A stretch of 61,451 nt of DNA from a virus: the IMG/VR virus record IMGVR_UViG_3300025704_000001; one strand, 5' to 3'. This document shows, piece by piece, positions 53,796 to 61,451 of this stretch. Positions within the stretch are counted from its first letter, which is position 1, and each line of letters begins with the position of its first letter. The notes beneath the pieces were generated by a model that did no database searches, was not told the origin of the DNA, and saw only the letters and a list, made by a program, of their open reading frames with translations. The position numbers and the translations under genes are program-made.

Positions 53796-54039
53796 TCACT
53801 TTATTATAATCGACAAAATCAAGGAAGCTCCGAAGACAGTAGGAGGACTTGAAATAACACAAAATCAAAATCACGACGTTAGGTACTTAAAGGGTAACAT
53901 AATTAGTGTTGGAGATAAGATAGATTTTCTCAAAGAAGGCGATGTTGTTAGATATGACAAACACGCAGGGCACGGAATAGAATGGAATGATAAATTGTAT
54001 TTTGTAATTACAATAGGTGATGTAGTTTTAGTAGAATGA
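53782..54039 (+). CDS. groES: GroES/Cpn10-like co-chaperonin candidate (about 85 aa; non-ATG start, position uncertain).
   Basis: ...IIIDKIKEAPKTVGGLEI......KGNIISVGD...LKEGDVVRYDKHAG...VITIGDVVLV follows the Cpn10 pattern. It has a TTG start that overlaps the GroEL end. Confidence 0.55.
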   Translation: MNAVNHFIIIDKIKEAPKTVGGLEITQNQNHDVRYLKGNIISVGDKIDFLKEGDVVRYDKHAGHGIEWNDKLYFVITIGDVVLVE

Positions 54040-54476
54040 GACTAGGCTCAAGTGATTTAAGAGAAATGAATTTACTTAAGTATTACAGGCTTGTTAGAAA
54101 ATGGGCCTGTAAAACTTACAACCTTAAAGACGCTGATATTGAATTATTAATATATTTGGATTGCAAAAAGCAATTTACACGTAATGATTTCATAGACGGT
54201 GTTTATACATACTCTTGGGATAAAGCAAGATGGGAGAGATTAAGGCGAGAGGGTTGGATCGATGTCTGGAGAAAAAGAAATAGAACTACTATGAAGACTA
54301 ATATATATAGTACTTCACACAAATGTAAAAGTTTAATAAACAGAATTTACAGAATACTACTAGGGGAAGAGGATTTACCAACGTCAGCTAGAAGTACGTT
54401 TTACAAGAATAAAACATATACGGATAAAGTTTACAACAAAGCTATTGATGATATGATAAAAGACAAAGAAAGATAA
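54036..54476 (+). CDS. Basic hypothetical protein (146 aa).
   Basis: ORF whose ATG overlaps the previous stop. Confidence 0.6.
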   Translation: MRLGSSDLREMNLLKYYRLVRKWACKTYNLKDADIELLIYLDCKKQFTRNDFIDGVYTYSWDKARWERLRREGWIDVWRKRNRTTMKTNIYSTSHKCKSLINRIYRILLGEEDLPTSARSTFYKNKTYTDKVYNKAIDDMIKDKER

Positions 54477-54478
54477 TT

Positions 54479-54916
54479 ATGGCATTTAAAATGAACCCTA
54501 AATCACCAACTTTAAAATCAGTTGGACAGTACGCAGCTCCTCGAGGCATACAGCAAGCCGCAGTATCACCTGCTAAACAAAGTACGCAAGGAGACTACGA
54601 AAAAAGTTTAAAACAAAAGCATATTGTAAAATCAAAAACCTCAGCGCAAGGTGATAACGATAATGTTAAAAGAAGCCGTAGAAGCGAGGTTACAAATATA
54701 GAAAGTAAATCAAATAGAAGAGTACAACAAGTAGCTGGAAATGATAGTAATGACAAAAAAGGCTATAAAGCTACATTGACGACTGTAAAAGATCCAAACA
54801 CGGGAGGTAGACTTGTTGTTGGTCCTGAAGGAGGCTATCATGAAATGGGGAGTGAAGTAGCTCAAAAAGAAGTTAAGAACTTTCAAAAGAATTATCTAAA
54901 AACAAAAAATAAATAA
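54479..54916 (+). CDS. Lys-rich SP[AT]K[QK]-family protein (145 aa).
   Basis: MAFKMNPKSPTLK... and VSPAKQ. Confidence 0.65.
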   Translation: MAFKMNPKSPTLKSVGQYAAPRGIQQAAVSPAKQSTQGDYEKSLKQKHIVKSKTSAQGDNDNVKRSRRSEVTNIESKSNRRVQQVAGNDSNDKKGYKATLTTVKDPNTGGRLVVGPEGGYHEMGSEVAQKEVKNFQKNYLKTKNK

Positions 54917-54918
54917 CA

Positions 54919-55248
54919 ATGGCATACTCAGGATTTAAAGGAATTGGACCAAACGGTTTAGGTGGAAGTAAAAAATCAGTAATATCACCAACTAAGCAAA
55001 TGGGTACTGACGCAGGCGAAACGGCAGCATTCGAAGAAAGCAAACGATTAGAGTTAGCGGCAGACGAGAAAATGGAGCGAGCTAAGGGTAACAAAAAGAA
55101 ACAAGCTGAAATAATAGCTAAGACTAATAAAAAAATGGACAAAAAAGTTCCTGCCGCTAAGAAAAAAGCAGAAAAAGAAGGATATACAGCGTTTGGTGAA
55201 AGCAAAAAAATACCCGCAAAAAAAGCTCCTGGTTTCAAAAAACAATAA
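54919..55248 (+). CDS. Lys-rich SP[AT]K[QK]-family protein (109 aa).
   Basis: FKGIGPNGLGGSKKSVISPTKQ is paralogous to the N-terminus of 26658..27230. Confidence 0.65.
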   Translation: MAYSGFKGIGPNGLGGSKKSVISPTKQMGTDAGETAAFEESKRLELAADEKMERAKGNKKKQAEIIAKTNKKMDKKVPAAKKKAEKEGYTAFGESKKIPAKKAPGFKKQ

Positions 55249-55258
55249 AAGCAAAACA

Positions 55259-55612
55259 ATGGCATTCAAACTAAAATCACACGGAGAAGTATTCGGTATT
55301 CACGAGAAGACCTCTAAGTTTGGTACTCCTGTCATTATAAAAGATGACCTTGAAAGTGGGGTTGAGGCTGAAGCCAATCGTGATGGCACTATTTTTGTTA
55401 ACTCTAAACTGTCTGACAAAAAAATAGAAAAAGCTGTTGCTCACGAAAAAGTTCATTTAGATCAAATGGCTTCAGGTAGATTGCAATACTCTGAAGACTC
55501 TGTAACTTGGAAAAGGGATACAAGATCACCTGCTAGAGTTTACAAGAGAGCTACTATGAATGAAGGGCATCCTGATTTCGAATGGGAGAATGAAGCATAT
55601 AAACAATCATAA
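55259..55612 (+). CDS. Mini zinc-metallopeptidase-like protein (117 aa) with an HExxH motif.
   Basis: Starts MAFKLK at 55259; the track start at 55193 overlaps the previous gene. Motif AVAHEKVHLDQM, preceded by EANRDGTIFVN. Confidence 0.6.
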   Translation: MAFKLKSHGEVFGIHEKTSKFGTPVIIKDDLESGVEAEANRDGTIFVNSKLSDKKIEKAVAHEKVHLDQMASGRLQYSEDSVTWKRDTRSPARVYKRATMNEGHPDFEWENEAYKQS

Positions 55613-55614
55613 TT

Positions 55615-56082
55615 ATGGCAATTACATTTAGGGGTCAAGCCTCAAAACTTAAAAAGTCTGCAGCTAGTAATAACCGCAATGGATTTCAAGAAGTATCAGC
55701 CCCTGGGCCGAGAAGAGGAACTGGAGGTTTCGAAAATAGCCCTGCTAAAAAAAGTTGTTCACCTATAACTCAGAGATCAAAGTCTCCTTTAAAAATGAAT
55801 GAAGCGCTAGTTGCTGGAGCTGGGCAAACAGGTAAAAGATTTGTTGATGCCGGTGCTGAAGTAGGTAGAGCTTTCGAACAAAAGCAAGAACCTGCTGCTG
55901 CAAATCTTGGACACCAAGACCTTACGAGCAAAAATAAAAGCGCAAATAATAAAGAGGGTAATCAAAATAAACGCAAAGAAGTGAAAGGCGTTGATGCTGG
56001 ACAGTTTGCTAAAGGGGTCATTATCCCATCAACTTCAGAAATGGATCTCACGCTAGCTCCAACAACACTTACAAAAAACTAA
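55615..56082 (+). CDS. SP[AT]K-family protein (155 aa).
   Basis: NSPAKKSCSPITQRSKSPLK, followed by NEALVAGAGQTGKRFVDAGAEVG, which is paralogous to the 15660 N-terminus. Confidence 0.65.
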   Translation: MAITFRGQASKLKKSAASNNRNGFQEVSAPGPRRGTGGFENSPAKKSCSPITQRSKSPLKMNEALVAGAGQTGKRFVDAGAEVGRAFEQKQEPAAANLGHQDLTSKNKSANNKEGNQNKRKEVKGVDAGQFAKGVIIPSTSEMDLTLAPTTLTKN

Positions 56083-56085
56083 ACC

Positions 56086-57042
56086 ATGTCAAAAAACACA
56101 CCAATTACAGCAAGAGTAAGCACAGGCTTATTTAACAAAAAGAAAGGAGTAACAGAACCTTTACTAAACGTAGGGAAAGCCGGCGTACACGGCAATAATC
56201 AAACTAGAGATATTCCATCGCCGAGTAAAATAAAGGGATATGCAATGAAAAGCTCACCGTTCAAACAGAAAATGGTTGACGGCAAGCCTGTTGAAGCCAA
56301 GATTAAAAGTGCTGGTCAGAGAATAATAGAGGAAACTCCAGGAAAACCAGGTTCAGATAATTACGATAAAGCAGTCGCTGCTGAAGGTACTAAAATTGTT
56401 GACCCCGCGTTAATTACCCCAGAGATGACAGCAAGAGCTAATAAGAAAAGAGCCGACGCAAAAGCAGCCGACGTACTAGCAGCTAAACCTGTCAAAAAAG
56501 AAAAAATTATTCCGGGTAAAGATATTGATCTTAAAGATTTTGAGGTTGAAGGCAAAAGAGGTATGGTTGAAAGCTGGGAAGCTGGATCTCAAGGTAGACG
56601 AATGAAAAAACTGAGTGATGATATTTCAGACTCACAGAGAAATGTTGATAGATACAAAAGTCGACTTAAAGGATACGCTAAGCAAGATAAAAAAGGCAAC
56701 TGGGTTAAAACAGATCCAAAGGTGTCTGACAGAAAGTTTAATAGAAACCTTAGAAAATTTCAAGAATCATCAAGAAACGTAAAAGGGTCTCAAGATCAGT
56801 ATGATGTTTATTCCAAAGGAGTTTCACGAGGAGCTAGCGGATATCGAGGGGGTACATTTAATGTAACAGAACAAGCTACGAAGAAATCACTAGGAAACGT
56901 AAATCAGCAAATAGAATTTGAAAAGAAGCAGTTAAAGCCTGAAAAGGCTGTAACAAAGACAAATCCAAACCCAATCGCAAATAAAAAGAGTAACAATTTC
57001 TTTAAAAAGACTACTCCTTTAAAAATGAAATACTTTAAATAA
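56086..57042 (+). CDS. Lys-rich protein (318 aa) of the same module.
   Basis: IPSPSKIK and SSPFKQK; highly basic. Confidence 0.65.
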   Translation: MSKNTPITARVSTGLFNKKKGVTEPLLNVGKAGVHGNNQTRDIPSPSKIKGYAMKSSPFKQKMVDGKPVEAKIKSAGQRIIEETPGKPGSDNYDKAVAAEGTKIVDPALITPEMTARANKKRADAKAADVLAAKPVKKEKIIPGKDIDLKDFEVEGKRGMVESWEAGSQGRRMKKLSDDISDSQRNVDRYKSRLKGYAKQDKKGNWVKTDPKVSDRKFNRNLRKFQESSRNVKGSQDQYDVYSKGVSRGASGYRGGTFNVTEQATKKSLGNVNQQIEFEKKQLKPEKAVTKTNPNPIANKKSNNFFKKTTPLKMKYFK

Positions 57043-57425
57043 TGGCGTACAAACAGGAACCTAAATCCCCAATACTAAAAAGATGTTGGGAAGGGTACTC
57101 TCCGGTGCCTGGCAAAAAGAAGGAGGAAAAAGGAAGTTGCGCAAAGTCACCTGCTAAAAAGACAGCAGCTTGGACACGTAAGGAAGGTAAATCAGAAACT
57201 GGTGGCTTGAATCAAAAAGGTGTTGATGCTTATAAAAGAGACAACCCTGGATCTAAACTACAAACAGCAGTTACAACAAAACCATCTAAACTTAAAAAAG
57301 GTAGTAAAGCCGCTAAGCGTAGAAAATCGTTTTGCGCAAGAATGAGCGGGATGCCAGGGCCTATGAAAAAACCTAACGGAGAGCCAACAAGAAAGAAGTT
57401 AGCTTTAGACAAATGGAATTGCTAA
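57042..57425 (+). CDS. Lys-rich SP[AT]K-family protein (127 aa).
   Basis: MAYKQEPKSPILK, KSPAKK, and the C-terminal block KRRKSFCARMSGM...KLALDKWNC. Confidence 0.65.
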   Translation: MAYKQEPKSPILKRCWEGYSPVPGKKKEEKGSCAKSPAKKTAAWTRKEGKSETGGLNQKGVDAYKRDNPGSKLQTAVTTKPSKLKKGSKAAKRRKSFCARMSGMPGPMKKPNGEPTRKKLALDKWNC

Positions 57426-57574
57426 TGGCATCAAAAGGGTTAGGAGATACAATAGAAAAAATTACAAAAGCAACAGGAATTAAAACAATAGTAGATAAAC
57501 TTCCTGGCGATTGCGGGTGTAACAAAAGAAAAGAAGCGTTAAACAAAGCGTTTCCGTATAAACAAAAACAGTAA
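57425..57574 (+). CDS. Small protein (49 aa) with a GDCGCNK motif.
   Basis: Hand-read MASKGLGDTIEKITKATGIKTIVDKLPGDCGCNKRKEALNKAFPYKQKQ. The ATG overlaps the previous stop (TAATG). Confidence 0.45.
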   Translation: MASKGLGDTIEKITKATGIKTIVDKLPGDCGCNKRKEALNKAFPYKQKQ

Positions 57575-57597
57575 CAATTAAATTAAATTAAATCATT

Positions 57598-57867
57598 ATG
57601 GGTGAAGTAAAAACAATTGAGGTAGAAGCGAACGAAGTAAAGTCAATTTCAAAAGAACAATTAAAAGGCTTGCAAGAGGCTGTTAGCAAACAGAATCAAA
57701 TTCAAATGCAAATTGGTGGACTTGAGGGCCATAAAGCCGAGCTGATAGTTCAGTTGCAGAGCGTAGTGAAAGATCTTTCCTCGCTACAAGCTGATCTTGA
57801 AAAAGAATTCGGATCTGTTAATATTGACCTACAAACAGGAATTATTTCAGATGCATCTAATTCGTAA
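57598..57867 (+). CDS. Coiled-coil hypothetical protein (89 aa).
   Basis: ORF with heptad-like composition. Confidence 0.55.
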   Translation: MGEVKTIEVEANEVKSISKEQLKGLQEAVSKQNQIQMQIGGLEGHKAELIVQLQSVVKDLSSLQADLEKEFGSVNIDLQTGIISDASNS

Positions 57868-58069
57868 GATAAGCATCGGTAAAGACTATAAGAATGACGC
57901 TATGCACTACGCTGTTGGACAGGAAGTGTATGGCGGTCATACTATAGCCCATATATTGGAAGAAGAAGAAAAGTACTCTATACATATAACAAAAGGCGAT
58001 ACAATAATGCCTTGGAAAGACTTTAACAAAAACATGTCCATTTCTGTGGAGTACGATTTAAACTATTAA
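57851..58069 (+). CDS. Hypothetical protein (72 aa from ATG 57851).
   Basis: Starting at MHLIRKISIG avoids the long overlap implied by the track start at 57797. Confidence 0.5.
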   Translation: MHLIRKISIGKDYKNDAMHYAVGQEVYGGHTIAHILEEEEKYSIHITKGDTIMPWKDFNKNMSISVEYDLNY

Positions 58070-58070
58070 A

Positions 58071-58661
58071 ATGCAAAGCGTTTTTAATTATCTAGTAAAA
58101 CCAAAAGGCGATAGAACCGTTGGGTTTAAAAAAATAGAAGGGCAAACATTATTACTCAACACAGATCTACAGAATCACAGTTATACGAATAGAGTAGGGA
58201 CAATACTTAATTTACCTCTAGTTGGTAATGAAGAATTAAAAGAAGGAGATGACGTAATTGTGCATCATAATGTTTTTAGAAGGTTTAGAGACGTTAGAGG
58301 TAATGAGAAAGACAGTAAAAATTATTTAGCTGAAGATGTTTATACTGTACAAGCTGATCAAATATACGCTTTTAAAAGAGACGACGAATGGAGAGCCTTA
58401 AAAGGGTTTTGTTTTATTAAACCCATAAAAGAAGACAAGATGTTTTCTGCAGCATTTGAGAAGCCATTAATAGGTATTGTAAAACTAGGTAATGACGAAA
58501 TAAAAACCGAGTCATTAGTAGGTTTTAAGCCGAACTCAGAATATGAGTTTGTAATAGAAGGGCAGAGGTTATACCGAGTACCCGCCAATTCAATCACAAT
58601 TAAATATGAATACAAAGGAAACGAAGAGGAATATAATCCTAGCTGGGCAAAAGGCAGTTGA
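58071..58661 (+). CDS. Hypothetical protein (196 aa). The N-terminal part is faintly Cpn10-like.
   Basis: NYLVKPKGDR...G..LL....RVGTILNLP...LKEGDDVIVHH. This is only a weak pattern resemblance. Confidence 0.55.
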   Translation: MQSVFNYLVKPKGDRTVGFKKIEGQTLLLNTDLQNHSYTNRVGTILNLPLVGNEELKEGDDVIVHHNVFRRFRDVRGNEKDSKNYLAEDVYTVQADQIYAFKRDDEWRALKGFCFIKPIKEDKMFSAAFEKPLIGIVKLGNDEIKTESLVGFKPNSEYEFVIEGQRLYRVPANSITIKYEYKGNEEEYNPSWAKGS

Positions 58662-58881
58662 GGAGTTAATAAAAGTAGCTAAAGAGCCTATTGTAGATTC
58701 AGACGACGACCTAACTGCGGATAAACTTAAAAATGCCGCAGCCACAAAAAAACTAGCTATATTTGACGCTTTTGAAATACTAACACGTATAGAGGAGGAA
58801 GAAAGAGTGTTGGAGAACAAACCTAAGAAAGAGCTTGAAACAATAGAGTTCAAAGGCTTTGCTGAAAACAGATCTAAGTAA
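58606..58881 (+). CDS. Small terminase subunit candidate (91 aa). The call is positional only.
   Basis: Charged helical ORF directly upstream of the large terminase, overlapping it at TAATG. Confidence 0.35.
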   Translation: MNTKETKRNIILAGQKAVEELIKVAKEPIVDSDDDLTADKLKNAAATKKLAIFDAFEILTRIEEEERVLENKPKKELETIEFKGFAENRSK

Positions 58882-61091
58882 TGTACGAGCAGAATCTATA
58901 TAAGGTAGTAACCCCTGTAAAACTTACAACTATTTCTAGACTTAATAAAAGTAAGAAGTGGGGGTATGGATACAACAAAGAGCACAACATTGTAGTAATA
59001 AGCAAAACTGGTCAAATAGGTGAAATATACGAAATACAAAACCTTAGGATAGCTTTGCCGAAGTCACCAGGGAAGTTAGATAAGACAACAGACAGATGGA
59101 CTGTCGAGGAGTACCCTAGAGAATTAAATGCTATAAAGAGTATATTTGATTGGAGGGATTATCCTGAAGATTTTAAAACTAAATGGGGACCATATATAGA
59201 TGAGCAATTTAATAAAAGAGAAAACGGACACTGGTTTAATAATAAGGGCGTGGATACTTACATTACTGGTACTCACTTTATGTACCTGCAGTGGTCCAAG
59301 ATTGATGTTGGGAAGCCAGAATTTAGGGAATCAAACAGATTATTCTACATATTCTGGGAAGCTTGTAAAGCAGACAGAAGAAGTTATGGTATGTGCTATC
59401 TCAAGAACAGACGTTCAGGGTTTTCATTCATGGCATCTGGGGAGACCGTTAATATGGCAACAATATCGTCCGACGCGCGTTTTGGGATTTTGTCCAAATC
59501 TGGCGCCGATGCAAAGAAAATGTTCACAGATAAGGTTGTACCCATTTCTGTTAACCTGCCGTTCTTCTTTAAACCCGTACAAGACGGTATGGACAGACCG
59601 AAGACAGAACTTGCGTACCGAGTACCTGCGTCAAAATTCACAAGGAGGCGACTCGATTCGAATAAGGCCACAGAGATCATCGCAGGACTTGACACAACGA
59701 TTGACTGGAAAAACACCGGTGATAACGCGTACGATGGGGAGAAACTCAAACTTCTCGTCCATGATGAATCGGGTAAATGGGAAAGGCCGAACAACATCCT
59801 CAACAACTGGAGGGTTACGAAAACAACATTAAGGCTAGGGGCAAGAGTTATTGGAAAGTGTATGATGGGATCAACGTCAAACGCTTTAGATAAAGGTGGT
59901 GAGAATTTTAAAAAGCTATATGCAACATCAGACGTTACAAAAAGAAACGCTAACGGACAAACTCGCTCAGGATTATATTCTTTGTTCATTCCTATGGAAT
60001 GGAATTACGAAGGATTCATTGATGCTTATGGGATGCCTGTATTCAATACCCCACCAGAAGGCTGTGAGGACTCACATGGCGACCCTATTGAAGTCGGAGT
60101 CATAGAACATTGGAATAATGAGGCTGAAGGATTAAAAGGCGACCAGGACGCTCTAAACGAATATTACAGACAGTTCCCTAGAACAGAGGAACACGCTTTT
60201 AGAGATGAAACTAAAAACAGTATATTTAACTTAGCAAAAATATACGAACAAATAGATTACAACGAAGACTTAGCTAACAGTAATGTAGTTACAAGAGGTA
60301 GTTTTCAATGGCAAAACGGTATAAAAGATTCTAAAGTTATATTTAGTCCAAATCCACAAGGTAGGTTCTTAATAACTTGGACACCTGCTCACGATATACA
60401 GAACAGGCAAATAATTAAGAATGGAGCTAGATACCCTGGTAACGAACACATGGGTGCTTTGGGTTGTGATAGTTATGATATATCAGGAACAACAGACGGG
60501 AGAGGATCTAAGGGAGCATTGCATGGGTTAACTAAATTTAGTATGGAAGACGCACCTCCAAGTACTTTCTTTTTAGAATATATAGCAAGGCCTCAAACAG
60601 CTGAGATATTTTTCGAAGATGTGCTAATGGCTTGTGTATTTTACGGAATGCCTTTATTATGTGAAAACAACAAACCTAGGCTTTTGTATTATTTTAAGAG
60701 AAGAGGCTACAGAGGATACTCAATGAACCGACCGGATAAACTTTGGAATAAGTTGTCGGTAACAGAAAAAGAAATAGGTGGAATACCGAATTCAAGTGAA
60801 GATATAAAACAAGCGCACGCATCTGCTATAGAAATGTATATAGATAGTTACGTAGGTTTAAAGTCAGATGGAAATTACGGTACAATGTATTTCACAGAGA
60901 CATTGAATGACTGGTCTAAATTTGATATAAATAATAGAACAAAGTTTGATGCGGCAATAAGCTCCGGCTTAGCGATAATGGCATGCAACAAAGATCTATA
61001 CAGGCCGAGTGCTCCAATACAAAAAAGAACAATGAAAGTTAAATTTGCAAAATATAGGCAAGACGGCAATTTATCCGAGATAATAAAATAA
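58881..61091 (+). CDS. terL: Terminase large subunit (736 aa).
   Basis: Walker-A-like YLKNRRSGFS, Walker B LKLLVHDESGKW, and a C-terminal nuclease region with GALGCDSYD. The portal gene follows immediately. Confidence 0.75.
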   Translation: MYEQNLYKVVTPVKLTTISRLNKSKKWGYGYNKEHNIVVISKTGQIGEIYEIQNLRIALPKSPGKLDKTTDRWTVEEYPRELNAIKSIFDWRDYPEDFKTKWGPYIDEQFNKRENGHWFNNKGVDTYITGTHFMYLQWSKIDVGKPEFRESNRLFYIFWEACKADRRSYGMCYLKNRRSGFSFMASGETVNMATISSDARFGILSKSGADAKKMFTDKVVPISVNLPFFFKPVQDGMDRPKTELAYRVPASKFTRRRLDSNKATEIIAGLDTTIDWKNTGDNAYDGEKLKLLVHDESGKWERPNNILNNWRVTKTTLRLGARVIGKCMMGSTSNALDKGGENFKKLYATSDVTKRNANGQTRSGLYSLFIPMEWNYEGFIDAYGMPVFNTPPEGCEDSHGDPIEVGVIEHWNNEAEGLKGDQDALNEYYRQFPRTEEHAFRDETKNSIFNLAKIYEQIDYNEDLANSNVVTRGSFQWQNGIKDSKVIFSPNPQGRFLITWTPAHDIQNRQIIKNGARYPGNEHMGALGCDSYDISGTTDGRGSKGALHGLTKFSMEDAPPSTFFLEYIARPQTAEIFFEDVLMACVFYGMPLLCENNKPRLLYYFKRRGYRGYSMNRPDKLWNKLSVTEKEIGGIPNSSEDIKQAHASAIEMYIDSYVGLKSDGNYGTMYFTETLNDWSKFDINNRTKFDAAISSGLAIMACNKDLYRPSAPIQKRTMKVKFAKYRQDGNLSEIIK

Positions 61092-61095
61092 TAAT

Positions 61096-61451
61096 ATGGC
61101 TAGAGGCGTAACAAATAGTTTTTTTCCAAGTCAAGTTGTAAGTGATCAAGAGAAGATGTCTTTTGATTATGGGTTACAAGTTGGTAGAGCAATTGCTAAT
61201 GAATGGTTTGATGGTAATTCCGGAATAACTAGATTTAAAAGCAATCAAAATACATTCAATGCTTTAAGATTGTATGCAAGAGGAGAGCAACCTATACAAA
61301 AGTATAAAGACGAAATGTCTATAAACGGAGATTTATCTTACCTAAACTTAGACTGGAAACCCGTACCTATTTTATCTAAATTTGTAGATATTGTAGTTAA
61401 TGGTATATCCGATAGAAGTTTTGATATCACAGCTTACTCTCAAGACCCTTA
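61096..61451 (+). CDS. Portal protein, N-terminal part. It continues in frame into bases 128..2204 through the end overlap.
   Basis: ATG at 61096, 5 nt after the terL stop. The frame is open to the window end and in phase with the ORF at the window start. Confidence 0.7.
   Translation, partial: MARGVTNSFFPSQVVSDQEKMSFDYGLQVGRAIANEWFDGNSGITRFKSNQNTFNALRLYARGEQPIQKYKDEMSINGDLSYLNLDWKPVPILSKFVDIVVNGISDRSFDITAYSQDP
61325..61451. repeat. End overlap, second copy of bases 1-127.
   Basis: Identical over 127 nt. Confidence 0.95.

Noticed and set aside
1-61451. Search for a CRISPR array, integrase/attP, reverse transcriptase/DGR, toxin-antitoxin systems or transposases.
   Set aside because: I found no spaced direct-repeat array, no tyrosine or serine recombinase motifs and no RT (YxDD) motif by eye. 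The two tRNA-like elements are embedded in an early operon of an apparently lytic genome, so an attP interpretation is unsupported.

Overview
The window is one complete tailed dsDNA phage genome. The unit length is 61,324 bp, and bases 1-127 repeat at 61325-61451, so the linear record is cut inside the portal gene.

The sequence is AT-rich. Genes are tightly packed with many TAATG/ATGA stop-start overlaps, and almost no Shine-Dalgarno sequences precede the start codons. Together with the 'GNVGIGTTSP' tail-fibre repeats, this suggests a Bacteroidota/Flavobacteriia host. That host call is an inference only.

The genome has three arms:
- Rightward structural arm (1-27.2 kb): portal, scaffold, capsid, large tail proteins, a 3009-aa multidomain virion protein, and a holin-like ORF with an M15 endolysin.
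- Leftward early/replication arm (27.3-46.3 kb): RNR alpha and beta, ThyA, a GIY-YIG/MazG fusion, primase-helicase, SSB, an exonuclease with an Erf-like annealase, a sigma-70-family factor, an ATP-dependent ligase, about 35 small ORFs, and a GC-rich tRNA-like RNA locus.
- Second rightward arm (46.7-61.1 kb): tail fibres, a GroEL/GroES-like pair, a family of Lys-rich proteins sharing an SP[AT]K[QK] motif with an embedded HExxH mini-peptidase, and the large terminase.

I found no DNA polymerase, RNA polymerase, integrase or CRISPR array.

The most interesting items are:
- a 13-copy promoter/operator-like element that partitions the early region into cassettes;
- a second repeated element flanking two ORF-free segments;
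- the noncanonical tRNA/tmRNA-TLD-like locus;
- the SPAKQ protein family;
- the giant polyvalent virion protein.

All functional calls come from motif reading by eye. No database search was run.
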